DNA from: Joostella atrarenae
Lineage (GTDB): Bacteria; Bacteroidota; Bacteroidia; Flavobacteriales; Flavobacteriaceae
Length of the DNA: 64,000 bases
Reading direction: 5' to 3'
Assembly: GCF_021764745.1 (NCBI RefSeq)
Contig: NZ_JAETXX010000008.1
Coordinates: 62,548 to 126,547 of the forward strand
A model generated the notes under the pieces. That model ran no database searches. It was not told the origin of the DNA and saw nothing but the letters and a program-made list of their open reading frames with translations. This document shows positions 36,053 to 46,227 of the stretch, one piece after another (position 1 is the first letter of the stretch; every line of letters begins with the position of its first letter). The position numbers and the translations under genes are program-made.

Positions 36053-36709
36053 ATGGCAAAGAAGCAAACAACACCAGATAGATTGATCACATATTATATG
36101 GATTTTGTTCTTGAAAATGGGAAGAAACCAACATCTGTTTATGCATTTACAAAGCTCCATAATTTAAAAGAAGAAGATTTTTACAAATTTTATGCAAGTT
36201 TAGAAGTGCTTGAGAAAGAGATTTTTAAAGCTTTTTTTGACAACACCTTTCTACTTTTAGACAAAAATGAAGAATACCATACTTACAATCCTAAAAACAA
36301 GTTATTAAGTTTCTATTTCTCTTTTTTCGAGTTACTTACTGCTAATCGAAGCTATGTAGTTCAAACACTCAAAGGAAAAGAAAGTAATTTAAAATCCTTG
36401 AGTGTTTTACAACATCTTAGAACTGCTTTTATATCCTATATTAAGCAACTTCAAATAGAAGTTCCAAAAATTGAAAATAAATCAGTTTCAAAGTTTCAAA
36501 ACAAATCTTTTGAAGAAGCTGCATGGATCCAATTATTGCTAACCTTAAAATTCTGGCTAGACGATACTTCTCCTTCCTTTGAAAAGACAGATATATTCAT
36601 TGAAAAATCACTACAAGCAGGTTTTGACCTTATCGATATCAAACCTTTTCAAAACATCTTAGATTTTGGGAAATTTATAATTAAAGAACGAACAAACTTT
36701 ACCGTATGA
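36053..36709 (+). CDS. TetR/AcrR-like transcriptional regulator
   Basis: The N-terminal 50 aa fit the TetR HTH pattern (TPDRLITYYMDFVLENGKKPTSVYAFTKLHNLKEEDFYKFYASLE), followed by an all-helical C-terminal domain. Overlaps the next gene by 4 nt (ATGA). Confidence 0.55.
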   Translation: MAKKQTTPDRLITYYMDFVLENGKKPTSVYAFTKLHNLKEEDFYKFYASLEVLEKEIFKAFFDNTFLLLDKNEEYHTYNPKNKLLSFYFSFFELLTANRSYVVQTLKGKESNLKSLSVLQHLRTAFISYIKQLQIEVPKIENKSVSKFQNKSFEEAAWIQLLLTLKFWLDDTSPSFEKTDIFIEKSLQAGFDLIDIKPFQNILDFGKFIIKERTNFTV

Positions 36710-38016
36710 AAACATTAGATAAAATCCCAACGGGAAAAATACAACGTGCGGGAAAGTTTCTTCAAACAGGAGCTAAGGTCGGAGCTAATTATATAAAATA
36801 CTACGGTGATAAAATTGTGACTTCAGAAGAGGCTGCTAGAGGGAGATTGAATAAAAATAATGCAGAAGATATTTATGACGGACTAAAAAGTTTAAAAGGA
36901 AGTGCCTTAAAAGTTGCTCAAATGTTGAGCATGGAGAAAAGTATTTTACCACGAGATTATGTAGAAAAATTCTCGTTGGCCCAGTTTTCTGTTCCTCCGC
37001 TATCTCCTCCTCTTGTTATTAAAACATTCAAAAAATATTTTGGAAGACACCCTGAAGATATTTTTGATACTTTTAATGCTACTTCTGTAAATGCAGCAAG
37101 CATTGGTCAAGTTCATATCGCGGAAAAAAATGGTAAGAAATATGCTATCAAAATTCAATATCCAGGCGTTGCAGAAAGCATTGCTACAGATTTAGCTTTG
37201 GTGAAGCCAATTGCCATTAAAATGTTTAACATAAAAGGGAAGGATTCTGATAAATACTTTAAAGAGGTTGAACATAAACTTATTGAAGAGACCAACTACT
37301 TACTAGAGGTAAAACAGAGCAAGGATATTGCTATGTCTTGCAACCATATTCCTAATTTACTATTCCCAAAATACTATGAAGATTTATCTTCAGAACGTAT
37401 TATCACAATGGATTATATGAAAGGCAAACATATGTCTGAATTCACAAAAGATAATAAAGACGAAAAGGTTGCTAATACGATTGGTCAAGCTTTATGGGAT
37501 TTTTACATGTATCAAATTCATAAACTAAAAAAGGTCCATGCAGATCCACACCCTGGCAATTTTTTAATCAGTGATGAAGCTAAACTAATTGCTTTGGACT
37601 TCGGATGTATGAAAGAGGTTCCTGAGGACTTTTATATTCCTTATTTTGAACTAGCTGAAAAGGACACTATCAATAATCCAAAAATATTTGAAGATAAATT
37701 ATATGAATTAGAGATTTTAAAACCCGAAGATACAACAGAAGAAAAGGTTTTCTTTAAAGCGCTTTTTCATGAGATGTTAAGCATTTTTACGAAACCATTT
37801 CACAATGAAGTTTTTGATTTCTCTGATGCAGGATTCTTTCAAAGTATTGCCCAATTAGGTGAAAAATATAATAACGATTCCCAATTACGGAAAATGAATG
37901 GAAATAGAGGTTCTAAACACTTCATCTATATCAACCGTACTTTCTTTGGACTATATAATTTAATGTTCGACTTAAAAGCCAAAGACATTAAAATAAACAA
38001 CTTTACTAACTACTAA
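36706..38016 (+). CDS. ABC1/UbiB/AarF-family atypical protein kinase-like protein
   Basis: 436 aa. Motifs SIGQVHIAEKNGKKYAIKIQYPGV (ABC1 nucleotide-binding Lys region) and HADPHPGNFLI (catalytic loop). Confidence 0.75.
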   Translation: MKTLDKIPTGKIQRAGKFLQTGAKVGANYIKYYGDKIVTSEEAARGRLNKNNAEDIYDGLKSLKGSALKVAQMLSMEKSILPRDYVEKFSLAQFSVPPLSPPLVIKTFKKYFGRHPEDIFDTFNATSVNAASIGQVHIAEKNGKKYAIKIQYPGVAESIATDLALVKPIAIKMFNIKGKDSDKYFKEVEHKLIEETNYLLEVKQSKDIAMSCNHIPNLLFPKYYEDLSSERIITMDYMKGKHMSEFTKDNKDEKVANTIGQALWDFYMYQIHKLKKVHADPHPGNFLISDEAKLIALDFGCMKEVPEDFYIPYFELAEKDTINNPKIFEDKLYELEILKPEDTTEEKVFFKALFHEMLSIFTKPFHNEVFDFSDAGFFQSIAQLGEKYNNDSQLRKMNGNRGSKHFIYINRTFFGLYNLMFDLKAKDIKINNFTNY

Positions 38017-38029
38017 TCGGATTATAAAT

Positions 38030-38296
38030 ATGACGGACAGAGAAATAGATAGAATTATAGAAATGGCGTGGGAAGACCGAACTCCTTTCGACGCTATTTC
38101 TTATCAATTTGGTTATAGCGAAAAAGATGTAATCGAATTAATGCGAAAAGAATTGAAACGTAGCAGCTTTAAAATGTGGCGTGCACGTGTCCAAGGCCGC
38201 TCTACAAAACACTTAAAAAAGAGAAATTTTGAAGAAGGCCGTTTTAAATGTAGTAGGCAAAAACAAATAACCCAAAATAAAATCTCAAAAAGATAA
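38030..38296 (+). CDS. DUF2805/TIGR03643-family small protein
   Basis: 88 aa. IIEMAWEDRTPFDAI...WRARVQGRSTKHLKKR matches the conserved DUF2805 signature as remembered. Confidence 0.55.
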   Translation: MTDREIDRIIEMAWEDRTPFDAISYQFGYSEKDVIELMRKELKRSSFKMWRARVQGRSTKHLKKRNFEEGRFKCSRQKQITQNKISKR

Positions 38297-38351
38297 CTAT
38301 CTTCTTTATTTAAATATTCAGAAATTTTTCACCAAAACATGATTTTTAAAA

Positions 38352-40454
38352 TTAATCAACTTTAATAACACCAATCTCTGCTATTGTAGTTGTATTACCT
38401 TCTCCTGTTGTTTTATTCGCTATCAATTTAATATAGTTTGCTTCTACTGGATTGAAATTTATCTGCTGCTTAATTCTATTATTCTGTATATTCCCAAATT
38501 CTCCTTTATAGACTTCCTTCCATTTCTTTCCATGTTCACTTACTGAAAAAGTGTAATCGGTAATTAAACCATTTGGAAATCTAGCTTGCATAGGAGTATA
38601 AGTGAAACCTTTAATTATAATTTTCTCTCCAAGATTAATTGTTACCGACTGAATCTCATTTGGCTTTTTTTCTGAACTAAAATAAGTAGCTGGATCGTTA
38701 TCGATAAATTTAGTAGCCTCTTCCATTTTTCCAGAAGTCACACTAAAAACTTCCCACTTCTTTTTGGCGTATTCTAACATTACCTTTTTCACCTCTGTCT
38801 GCTCATTCGTATCTGTATTTACCGCTATTACATTTAACTCTTTTGCCTCTTGAACAACAAATGGTTTTTCATATTTTATTGAATTTTTTGTTGGTGTAGA
38901 CCCATCAAGGGTATAAAATATCGATATATTTTCATCAGGAACATGCATTGTTATAACCCCCTCTTTATTTTGCTTTATGGTCGGAAGCACTAACAAGTTT
39001 GGAGCTTTATACAATTCTACATTAGAAAGTGTAATTGCTCCTTTTGCCTTTTGAATGGAAACTCTTAATTTTGAAATAGTTTGCGTATCAAACCTTAATA
39101 TTCGCTTATATCCAATAGTAGTTTCTGTTACAATCGTTTCCCAGTCGTTATCTTTAAGAACTTCAACAGTGAAGTTTTGCACCCTTTGCCCTAATGGAAT
39201 ATACTCCTGAAGCACTATTCTATTTATTGCCGTTGGTTCAGAAAAAGAGAATATTACATTTGCTTCTGTAATCTCATTATCTGTTGCCCAATAAGTGGTT
39301 TTATTATCATCTATTAATAACTCTGGTCTAAAGTTATCATCATTACCTCTATAATTAGACGCTACAACTTTGGTATTTAAAGCCAAGTTTTCTGCAAAAT
39401 CTTTATCTAACTGTTTTCTTAATGCGATAAGCTGTTGTTCATCCAACTCATGCACCAATCCGCGTTTGTCTACGGGGAGATTTAATAAAAAGGAAGCGTT
39501 TCTTCCCACTGATTTATAATAAATATCTATTAACTCCTCTAGTGTTTTCACCTGATGATCTTCTGATGCATGGTAATACCAACCTGGTCTTATAGAAACG
39601 TCTGCCTCGGCTGGAAGCCAATGAGTACCATCTTCATGCCCACCACGCAATTCTTTATATCGTGGCCACCCAGGATAAATTTCATCCCTACGCATAATAC
39701 TCCAATTAGTCGCATTTGCTTTGCCGTCTTCGTTTCCTACCCAACGTACATCTGGTCCACCATCACTGAAAATAACGGCATTGGGCTGTAACTCTCTTAC
39801 TATAGCAACTGCCTTATCCCATTCGTAATAAGTTTTGTTATCAATCTTTCGGGTTTCATTAGCCCCTCCATAATATCCTGATCCTCCATTGGCACCATCA
39901 AACCAAACTTCAAAAATATCACCATAATTAGTTAATAACTCCCTGAGTTGCTCATGAAATATCTCTACATACTCTGGATTTCCATAATGTTCATTATTAC
40001 GATCCCAAGGAGATAAGTATACTCCAAACTTCAGTCCTCCTTCTTTACATGCTTCCGATAATTCTTTTATAAGATCTCCTTTTCCATTTTTATATGGAGC
40101 ATTTTTTATAGAATGTTCTGTGGTTTCGGTTGGCCAAAGACAAAAACCATCATGGTGTTTTGCTGTTATTATAATCCCTTTCATACCAGCTTCCTTCGCT
40201 ACACTCACCCATTGATTAACGTCTAAATCTGTAGGATTAAAAGACTTAGGACTTTCCCCTCCTAAACCCCACTCCATATCAGTAAACGTATTCATATTAA
40301 AATGAATAAAAGCGTAATATTCCAATTCTTGCCATGCCAACTGACGTTCAGAAGGAATTGGCCCAACGGCTTGTGGAGGAGTTACCTCTTGCTTACATGA
40401 ATATACAACAGTTGCTATAATAGCTAATATTAAAGTTTTGATGGTAGGTTTCAT
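38352..40454 (-). CDS. GH29 alpha-L-fucosidase with C-terminal F5/8-type C (discoidin)-like carbohydrate-binding domains
   Basis: Lipoprotein signal. GH29 motifs YYAFIHFNMNTF, AKHHDGFCLWPT and WFDGANGG. 700 aa, with beta-sandwich C-terminal repeats. Confidence 0.85.
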   Translation of the reverse strand: MKPTIKTLILAIIATVVYSCKQEVTPPQAVGPIPSERQLAWQELEYYAFIHFNMNTFTDMEWGLGGESPKSFNPTDLDVNQWVSVAKEAGMKGIIITAKHHDGFCLWPTETTEHSIKNAPYKNGKGDLIKELSEACKEGGLKFGVYLSPWDRNNEHYGNPEYVEIFHEQLRELLTNYGDIFEVWFDGANGGSGYYGGANETRKIDNKTYYEWDKAVAIVRELQPNAVIFSDGGPDVRWVGNEDGKANATNWSIMRRDEIYPGWPRYKELRGGHEDGTHWLPAEADVSIRPGWYYHASEDHQVKTLEELIDIYYKSVGRNASFLLNLPVDKRGLVHELDEQQLIALRKQLDKDFAENLALNTKVVASNYRGNDDNFRPELLIDDNKTTYWATDNEITEANVIFSFSEPTAINRIVLQEYIPLGQRVQNFTVEVLKDNDWETIVTETTIGYKRILRFDTQTISKLRVSIQKAKGAITLSNVELYKAPNLLVLPTIKQNKEGVITMHVPDENISIFYTLDGSTPTKNSIKYEKPFVVQEAKELNVIAVNTDTNEQTEVKKVMLEYAKKKWEVFSVTSGKMEEATKFIDNDPATYFSSEKKPNEIQSVTINLGEKIIIKGFTYTPMQARFPNGLITDYTFSVSEHGKKWKEVYKGEFGNIQNNRIKQQINFNPVEANYIKLIANKTTGEGNTTTIAEIGVIKVD

Positions 40455-40463
40455 AATATGGTT

Positions 40464-41999
40464 TTATAAAGTCTCGGCTGGATATGATACTTCTTTTTGT
40501 GTTTTCTTATTTATAGGTAATTGCGCATTACTTTCTTTTAGGTATTCAGAAAGTTCTTTTGCAAGCTCTTTTACCTTTTCTGGCTTTGCTGAAGCTAAGT
40601 TATTTTCTTCTCCTATATCTTCAGTAATATTATATAATTCAAAATGTTCATCTCTATAAAAATAAATCAATTTCCAATCCCCTTTTCTAATCATACTTGC
40701 AGTGCCTATTCCAGGTCCATCAACACCCCATCTATTTGGGTAATGCCAAAACAAAGGTCTATCCTGCTTTTTTATTTCATTATCCTTTAAAATTGAAACG
40801 AAACTCTCTCCATCAACTTCTTGAATAGTTTTAGGGGCATTTATTCCAACCATATCTAAAATAGTAGGAAAGAAGTCTTCAATTATTAAATATTGATTTG
40901 TTTGTGACCCAGCTGTTGTTACTCCTGGCCATTTAACGAGCATAGGCTCTCGAATTCCTCCTTCATACATAGATCCCTTTCCGCTAGCTAAAGGTTTATT
41001 ATGGGTGTTCAATTCTCCACCTCTAGCATGTGCACTGAGTCCTCCATTATCTGACATAAATAAAATGATTGTATTTTCATCTAAATTATTTTGTTCTAAA
41101 AAATCCATTATATCTCCTAAGCTTTTATCCATTCCCTCCAACATCGAGGCATATTTAGCTTCTGTTTCATCCAAACCATCATCCAAATATTTATGTATAA
41201 ATCGATCATCCCCATAAATAGGAATATGAACAGCATAATGTGCCATATACAAGAAAAAAGGCTCATTCTTTACACTATCTAAAGCTATTAATGCTTCTTT
41301 TGTTAGCGCTTCAGTTAAGAAAACATCTTTACCGTAATATTTTTCAAGCCCAGGAACATCATTTAAATGTTTGCGCTTATCGTTATTTCCATAATCTTCT
41401 GTACCCAAATAACTATGAGGCGACCCTGCTGCATGTCCAGCTATATTTACGTCAAAACCTAAGTTCAAAGGATTTTCTCCTGGAGTGTCAATGGCACCAA
41501 AATGTGCTTTTCCAACTTGTATCGTATTATACCCATTATCTTTAAGAATTTGCGGTAATGGAGTTGCTTGTACTGTTCTTTCTACTCCTGATACTTGAGA
41601 GAGTCCGTTTACATTCCACTTAGGAAAGTCTAAAACATCATCTTTTTTATCAGTAGGTGAATTTTTTACTAATGTCCAATTTGTAACACGATGCTTAGCT
41701 GCATTCATTCCTGTTATAAAGCTAATTCGAGTAGGAGAACAAACTGGTGTAGCATAGGCTTGAGTGAACTTCATCCCTTCTTTTGCCAGCCGCTCCATAT
41801 TTGGAGTATTGTAACGATCGTTAAAAGGTGTTTTCTTATCCCAAAAAGGAACTGATGTGTCTTGCCACCCCATATCATCTACAAGGAAGACCACTATATT
41901 TGGCTTAGCAGGTTCTTTCTCTTCTACTTTTTCACTCTTGTTCTCTTTGCATGAGATGAATAAACTACAAGCTAAAACTACAATCAATCTATAATACAT
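40464..41999 (-). CDS. Formylglycine-dependent sulfatase (S1 family)
   Basis: VVFLVDDMGWQD and CSPTRISFITG (the C-x-P-x-R FGly motif). The likely true start is the internal Met (MYYRLIVVLACSLFISC, lipoprotein signal) at 41999, which removes the 34-nt overlap with the upstream GH95. Confidence 0.85.
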   Translation of the reverse strand: MYYRLIVVLACSLFISCKENKSEKVEEKEPAKPNIVVFLVDDMGWQDTSVPFWDKKTPFNDRYNTPNMERLAKEGMKFTQAYATPVCSPTRISFITGMNAAKHRVTNWTLVKNSPTDKKDDVLDFPKWNVNGLSQVSGVERTVQATPLPQILKDNGYNTIQVGKAHFGAIDTPGENPLNLGFDVNIAGHAAGSPHSYLGTEDYGNNDKRKHLNDVPGLEKYYGKDVFLTEALTKEALIALDSVKNEPFFLYMAHYAVHIPIYGDDRFIHKYLDDGLDETEAKYASMLEGMDKSLGDIMDFLEQNNLDENTIILFMSDNGGLSAHARGGELNTHNKPLASGKGSMYEGGIREPMLVKWPGVTTAGSQTNQYLIIEDFFPTILDMVGINAPKTIQEVDGESFVSILKDNEIKKQDRPLFWHYPNRWGVDGPGIGTASMIRKGDWKLIYFYRDEHFELYNITEDIGEENNLASAKPEKVKELAKELSEYLKESNAQLPINKKTQKEVSYPAETL

Positions 42000-42004
42000 A
42001 CTCT

Positions 42005-44374
42005 TTATTTTATCGAATTCAAACTTGCATTCAGCCAAATTTGTTTTCCTTTAGGCAATTCGATTTCTTTTTTCAAATCTTTATATTTAACACTTACTGT
42101 TTTGCTAGTTTTAGAGAGCAAACCTACCTGCTGCATTTCTCCTTCTGCCCACTTTATAGCAACCTCAACATCACCTCTAGCAACTAAGCCACTTATTTCA
42201 CCTGTCTTCCAGTTATTAGGCAGCGTTGGTAATAACCTTATAAAGCCTTCATGAGATTGCAATAATAACTCTGCAACTCCTGCGGTATAACCAAAATTTC
42301 CATCTATTTGAAACGGTGGGTGTTCGTTAAATAAATTATTAGCTGTTGACTTTTCAAATAATTTATTAATATTCTCTTCAGCACTTTTATTATCAAATAA
42401 ACGCGCATTAAAACTAATCATCCATGCTCTACTCCATCCAGTTCCTGCTCCTCCATATTTTAATCTGTAATCAATTGTTTCTTTAGCAGCTTTAAAAGCT
42501 TCAGGAGTAGCACTTGTAATCACAGTTCCTGGATACAATGCGTATAAATGAGACATATGTCTGTGTCCTTTTTCAAGCTCTTCATATGGTTTATTCCATT
42601 CTAAAATTCTACCATCTTCTCCAATTACAACCCCTGGACTCAATTTTTCTCTTTTCTTTTTTATTTCTGAAATAAAACTATCGTTAATTCCTAAAACTTC
42701 AGCACTAGCAAGGGTATTGTCAAAAACCTCAGCAATTATTTGATGCCCCATTGCTGCTCCTTTAACTATTGCTGCAGACTCACCGTCTTCAGCAATATAA
42801 GAATTCTCTGGTGACGTCTCAGGGTAAGAAATCCACTTTTTAGTAGTTTTATCCCATTGTAACCAATCTAAATAAAAAGCAGCAGCTTCTTTTAAGTATG
42901 GGTAAGCCATTTCACGAAGAAATTCTTTGTCCTCTGTAAATTGATAATATTCCCAATAATGTTGAGCTAACCAACCTCCTCCGTGAATCCAAGCTCCCCA
43001 ATAAGGTGTTTTGGCCCTCATGAATGCTGGTGCCCATAAATCTGTGGTGCTATGAGCTACCATTCCATTTAATCCATATTGAGATTTTGCAGTAAGCTTA
43101 CCGCGTTCTAAAACTTTATTTCCAAATTCGAATAATGGTAATTCACATTCACTTAAATTAGTAACCGTTGCTGGCCAATAATTCATTTGCACGTTAATAT
43201 TCAAATGGTAATCTGCATTCCAAGGAGCTTTAATATGATCATTCCATAATCCTTGGAGATTCGCAGGGTTAGCTCCTTCTCTAGAAGAGGAAATTAAAAG
43301 ATAACGACCATATTGAAACAGTTTTGTCTGTAAATCTAAATCTGGAGTTCCTTCTTTATAGTTTTTTAAACGCTTATCTGTAGGCTGAGCGTTTAATTCG
43401 CTATTTCCTAAACTAAAATCAACTCTGTTATACAACTTTTGAAAATCCTTTTTATGTTCTGACAACAGGCTCTTGAAACTCTTACTAGAAGCTTTTTTAA
43501 TAACATTTTGAACAACACTTTCAAAATTTTCATGGTAATAAGAAGTTGCAGTTGCTAGATATAAGGTGATTTCTTTTGCTCCTCTTACCTGTAAATTGTT
43601 TCCTTCTGATTTAATATTCCCTGTTTTGCTAACTGCTTTTAATAAGGTTTGAAAATGAACTCCATCCTCTATAGGGTGCGGTGTTTCATTAAACATTCCT
43701 CCTAACTGCGTTACCTTTCCATTCATTTTCATTTCTGTATCCGAAGGAGCAGTAACAACAACTGTTTCCGTTTCTTCATCTTTAGGTCTAGACATTTCTA
43801 TATCGAAATTCATCCCTTTAGGATTGGTAGTTTTCAAATGAACAACTAATATATCATCTGGATTAGAAGAGAATACACTTTCTGTATATGTTTCACCATT
43901 AATTTTATATGAAACTTCTGCTAATGCGTCCGAAAAACTCAAGCTTCGTTTGTAATCGGTAACCGATCCTTCCCTTTTAAAATGCAAGAATAAATCTCCT
44001 GCTGTTTGATGAGATCTTACAATACTTTTATACGAAAACTTATCTATAATAAATTTATCTGCTTCATGTACTTTTCCGTCATCGATTAACTTTCTGAGTG
44101 TTTTTAAATCTTCTGGAGTTCCTTTTGCATTGTCTAGATTTGCACTTCCGGGCCACATCGAATCTTCATTTAACTGGATTCTTTCCGTTTCAACTCCTCC
44201 AAAAACCATTGCCCCCAATCTTCCATTCCCTACCGGTAACGCCTCTATCCATTTGCTAGCAGGTTGCCCATACCATAAATCTGGAGTTCCGTTTTCTTCT
44301 GACTTATCTTGAGCTGTCAAAAAAATTGGCAGACTTAAAAATGAACACAATACAACTTTAATAATTCCTTTCAT
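42005..44374 (-). CDS. GH95 alpha-L-fucosidase (alpha-1,2-fucosidase family)
   Basis: 789 aa with signal peptide. N-terminal LWYGQPASKWIEALPVGNGRLGAMVFGG is the GH95 hallmark. Size is consistent with GH95. Confidence 0.8.
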   Translation of the reverse strand: MKGIIKVVLCSFLSLPIFLTAQDKSEENGTPDLWYGQPASKWIEALPVGNGRLGAMVFGGVETERIQLNEDSMWPGSANLDNAKGTPEDLKTLRKLIDDGKVHEADKFIIDKFSYKSIVRSHQTAGDLFLHFKREGSVTDYKRSLSFSDALAEVSYKINGETYTESVFSSNPDDILVVHLKTTNPKGMNFDIEMSRPKDEETETVVVTAPSDTEMKMNGKVTQLGGMFNETPHPIEDGVHFQTLLKAVSKTGNIKSEGNNLQVRGAKEITLYLATATSYYHENFESVVQNVIKKASSKSFKSLLSEHKKDFQKLYNRVDFSLGNSELNAQPTDKRLKNYKEGTPDLDLQTKLFQYGRYLLISSSREGANPANLQGLWNDHIKAPWNADYHLNINVQMNYWPATVTNLSECELPLFEFGNKVLERGKLTAKSQYGLNGMVAHSTTDLWAPAFMRAKTPYWGAWIHGGGWLAQHYWEYYQFTEDKEFLREMAYPYLKEAAAFYLDWLQWDKTTKKWISYPETSPENSYIAEDGESAAIVKGAAMGHQIIAEVFDNTLASAEVLGINDSFISEIKKKREKLSPGVVIGEDGRILEWNKPYEELEKGHRHMSHLYALYPGTVITSATPEAFKAAKETIDYRLKYGGAGTGWSRAWMISFNARLFDNKSAEENINKLFEKSTANNLFNEHPPFQIDGNFGYTAGVAELLLQSHEGFIRLLPTLPNNWKTGEISGLVARGDVEVAIKWAEGEMQQVGLLSKTSKTVSVKYKDLKKEIELPKGKQIWLNASLNSIK

Positions 44375-44385
44375 TATATGATTTA

Positions 44386-46227
44386 TTAATCTATTTTTTC
44401 AAACCAAAGCCAATTAAAATCTACTTCACTATTGGCTGCATCAAAAGTTGCAGAAATAGTATAGAAGCCTGGCTTTTCAACTTCTATATTTCCTATTGAT
44501 GAAAATAAATACCGATCTATTCCCCATTGCTGATTAGGCTCTCCTATCGTTTTACCAGTTGGCACGAACTTATATTGCAAAGGCTGATTATTAACCTTAA
44601 CATCGACTTTTGCCTTAGATTCTTCTTGTAAGTTATATGAAACATCTAACCTATAGTCTCCTGGAGTATCAATATATACTTTCCAACTATACTCTTGTAT
44701 CCCTTTTATTCTTGCATGAGGCGGAATTGTTCCGAATCTCTCAGCTTCTACAAAACTAGAATTCCCTTTAGAAGCTAAAGCATTTTCTGATTTTAATGAA
44801 AATCCACCGTCATCACTAATTGCCACCAAATCTTTTTCAACTTCAGGCTTTTTATTAAACTCCATCACTACAACAGAAACAAAATTATCAGGCGCTTTTC
44901 TAGGTAAGTCTATATTTGTAAACACCTCATCATGCTTAAATTCTAATGCCTTTCTTTGTTTATCCGATAGTAAGTATATTTTTTGCGGAGCCTCTTTTAT
45001 CCCTGTAACAGGTAACTTACTATTTAGTGGCCAATTATAAACATGTAAATATATTTTATAGCTTCCCCCTTTTTCTTCTTTTGCTGTTATTTGTCCCCAA
45101 TTATGAAGATTTGCTTTTAAATCGAAAGCACCACTGCCGTAAATAGAAGCTCCATTTACATCCAACCAAGCTCCAATATCTCTAAGTCGAGAAGTAATTT
45201 CAAAAGGAATATCTCCATTTGCTCGCGGACCAATATTTAACATTAGGTTTCCGTTGAGACTTATATTTCCTATGATATTTTTTAAAAGTGAGGTTGTTGA
45301 CTTCCATTGATTTTCTAATCGGTTGTACCCCCAAGAATGTGCAACGGTAGCCGGAGTCTGCCAAGGATACTCTAATTTAGTTTCCCCTAACTGATTATCG
45401 CCTAATGTTCTATAATCTACATCAGGATCTTCTTCTATAGAAAGTCCCAAACGAGAATTAATGAGGCAATCTGGTTGCAACTTTCTAATCAATTCTTTGA
45501 GTTGAAGCAATTGCTTTTTTGTAACTACAGTTTCAGAATGATTAATCCACATATCGAACCATAACATCCCAATATCTCCATAATTAGTTAGCAATTCTGT
45601 AATCTGAGGAATTACTTTTTGCTGCCAATAAATATCAAAATCTTCTGAATTAAAGTCTTCCAATTCTTTGGCATGATCCCAAGCATTAGGATCTTCCCAA
45701 TCTATCCAATGTGAATAATATAAACCTAATTTTAAACCGTGCTTTTTACAAGCCTCTGCCAATTCTTTTACAATATCTCTTTTATTATTTGTATAGTTGC
45801 CAATATCGTAAGTGGTTACTTTACTATCCCAAAGAGCAAATCCGTCATGATGTTTTGCTGTTAGGGTTACATACTTCATCCCTGCTTCTTTAGCGGCTAT
45901 TATCCATTTTTCAGGATCTATATCTTCCCAACTAAATCGGTCTAAAAGTTTTACATATTCATCCTTAGGAATCTGATTTCTATATTGAATCCATTCAGCA
46001 TAATCATTATCATTACGCAATTTCTCTCCTTTCCAAACTCCCTCTGCTCCAGTATAAATTCCCCAATGAATAAACATTCCGAAGCGATCTTCTACAAACC
46101 ATTCTGTTCTTTTTGAAGTATTTTCTTGAGCGACTGCTTGGTATTGCAAAAACAATACAAATAAGACAACGCTATATCTTAATCCCCTACTTAGTTTTTC
46201 CATTCTCAATCTTAAAAGTCCATGCAT
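44386..46227 (-). CDS. GH29 alpha-L-fucosidase with C-terminal beta-sandwich binding domain
   Basis: FGMFIHWGIYTGAEG and AKHHDGFALWDSKVTTYDI. 613 aa. Confidence 0.85.
   Translation of the reverse strand: MHGLLRLRMEKLSRGLRYSVVLFVLFLQYQAVAQENTSKRTEWFVEDRFGMFIHWGIYTGAEGVWKGEKLRNDNDYAEWIQYRNQIPKDEYVKLLDRFSWEDIDPEKWIIAAKEAGMKYVTLTAKHHDGFALWDSKVTTYDIGNYTNNKRDIVKELAEACKKHGLKLGLYYSHWIDWEDPNAWDHAKELEDFNSEDFDIYWQQKVIPQITELLTNYGDIGMLWFDMWINHSETVVTKKQLLQLKELIRKLQPDCLINSRLGLSIEEDPDVDYRTLGDNQLGETKLEYPWQTPATVAHSWGYNRLENQWKSTTSLLKNIIGNISLNGNLMLNIGPRANGDIPFEITSRLRDIGAWLDVNGASIYGSGAFDLKANLHNWGQITAKEEKGGSYKIYLHVYNWPLNSKLPVTGIKEAPQKIYLLSDKQRKALEFKHDEVFTNIDLPRKAPDNFVSVVVMEFNKKPEVEKDLVAISDDGGFSLKSENALASKGNSSFVEAERFGTIPPHARIKGIQEYSWKVYIDTPGDYRLDVSYNLQEESKAKVDVKVNNQPLQYKFVPTGKTIGEPNQQWGIDRYLFSSIGNIEVEKPGFYTISATFDAANSEVDFNWLWFEKID

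Noticed and set aside
42005-42038. Apparent 34-nt overlap of the sulfatase and GH95 genes (and 41-nt overlap at 46187-46227) as possible programmed frameshift or fusion
   Set aside because: More simply explained by over-extended start calls. Internal Mets (41999; ~46203) begin clean lipoprotein or signal peptides.
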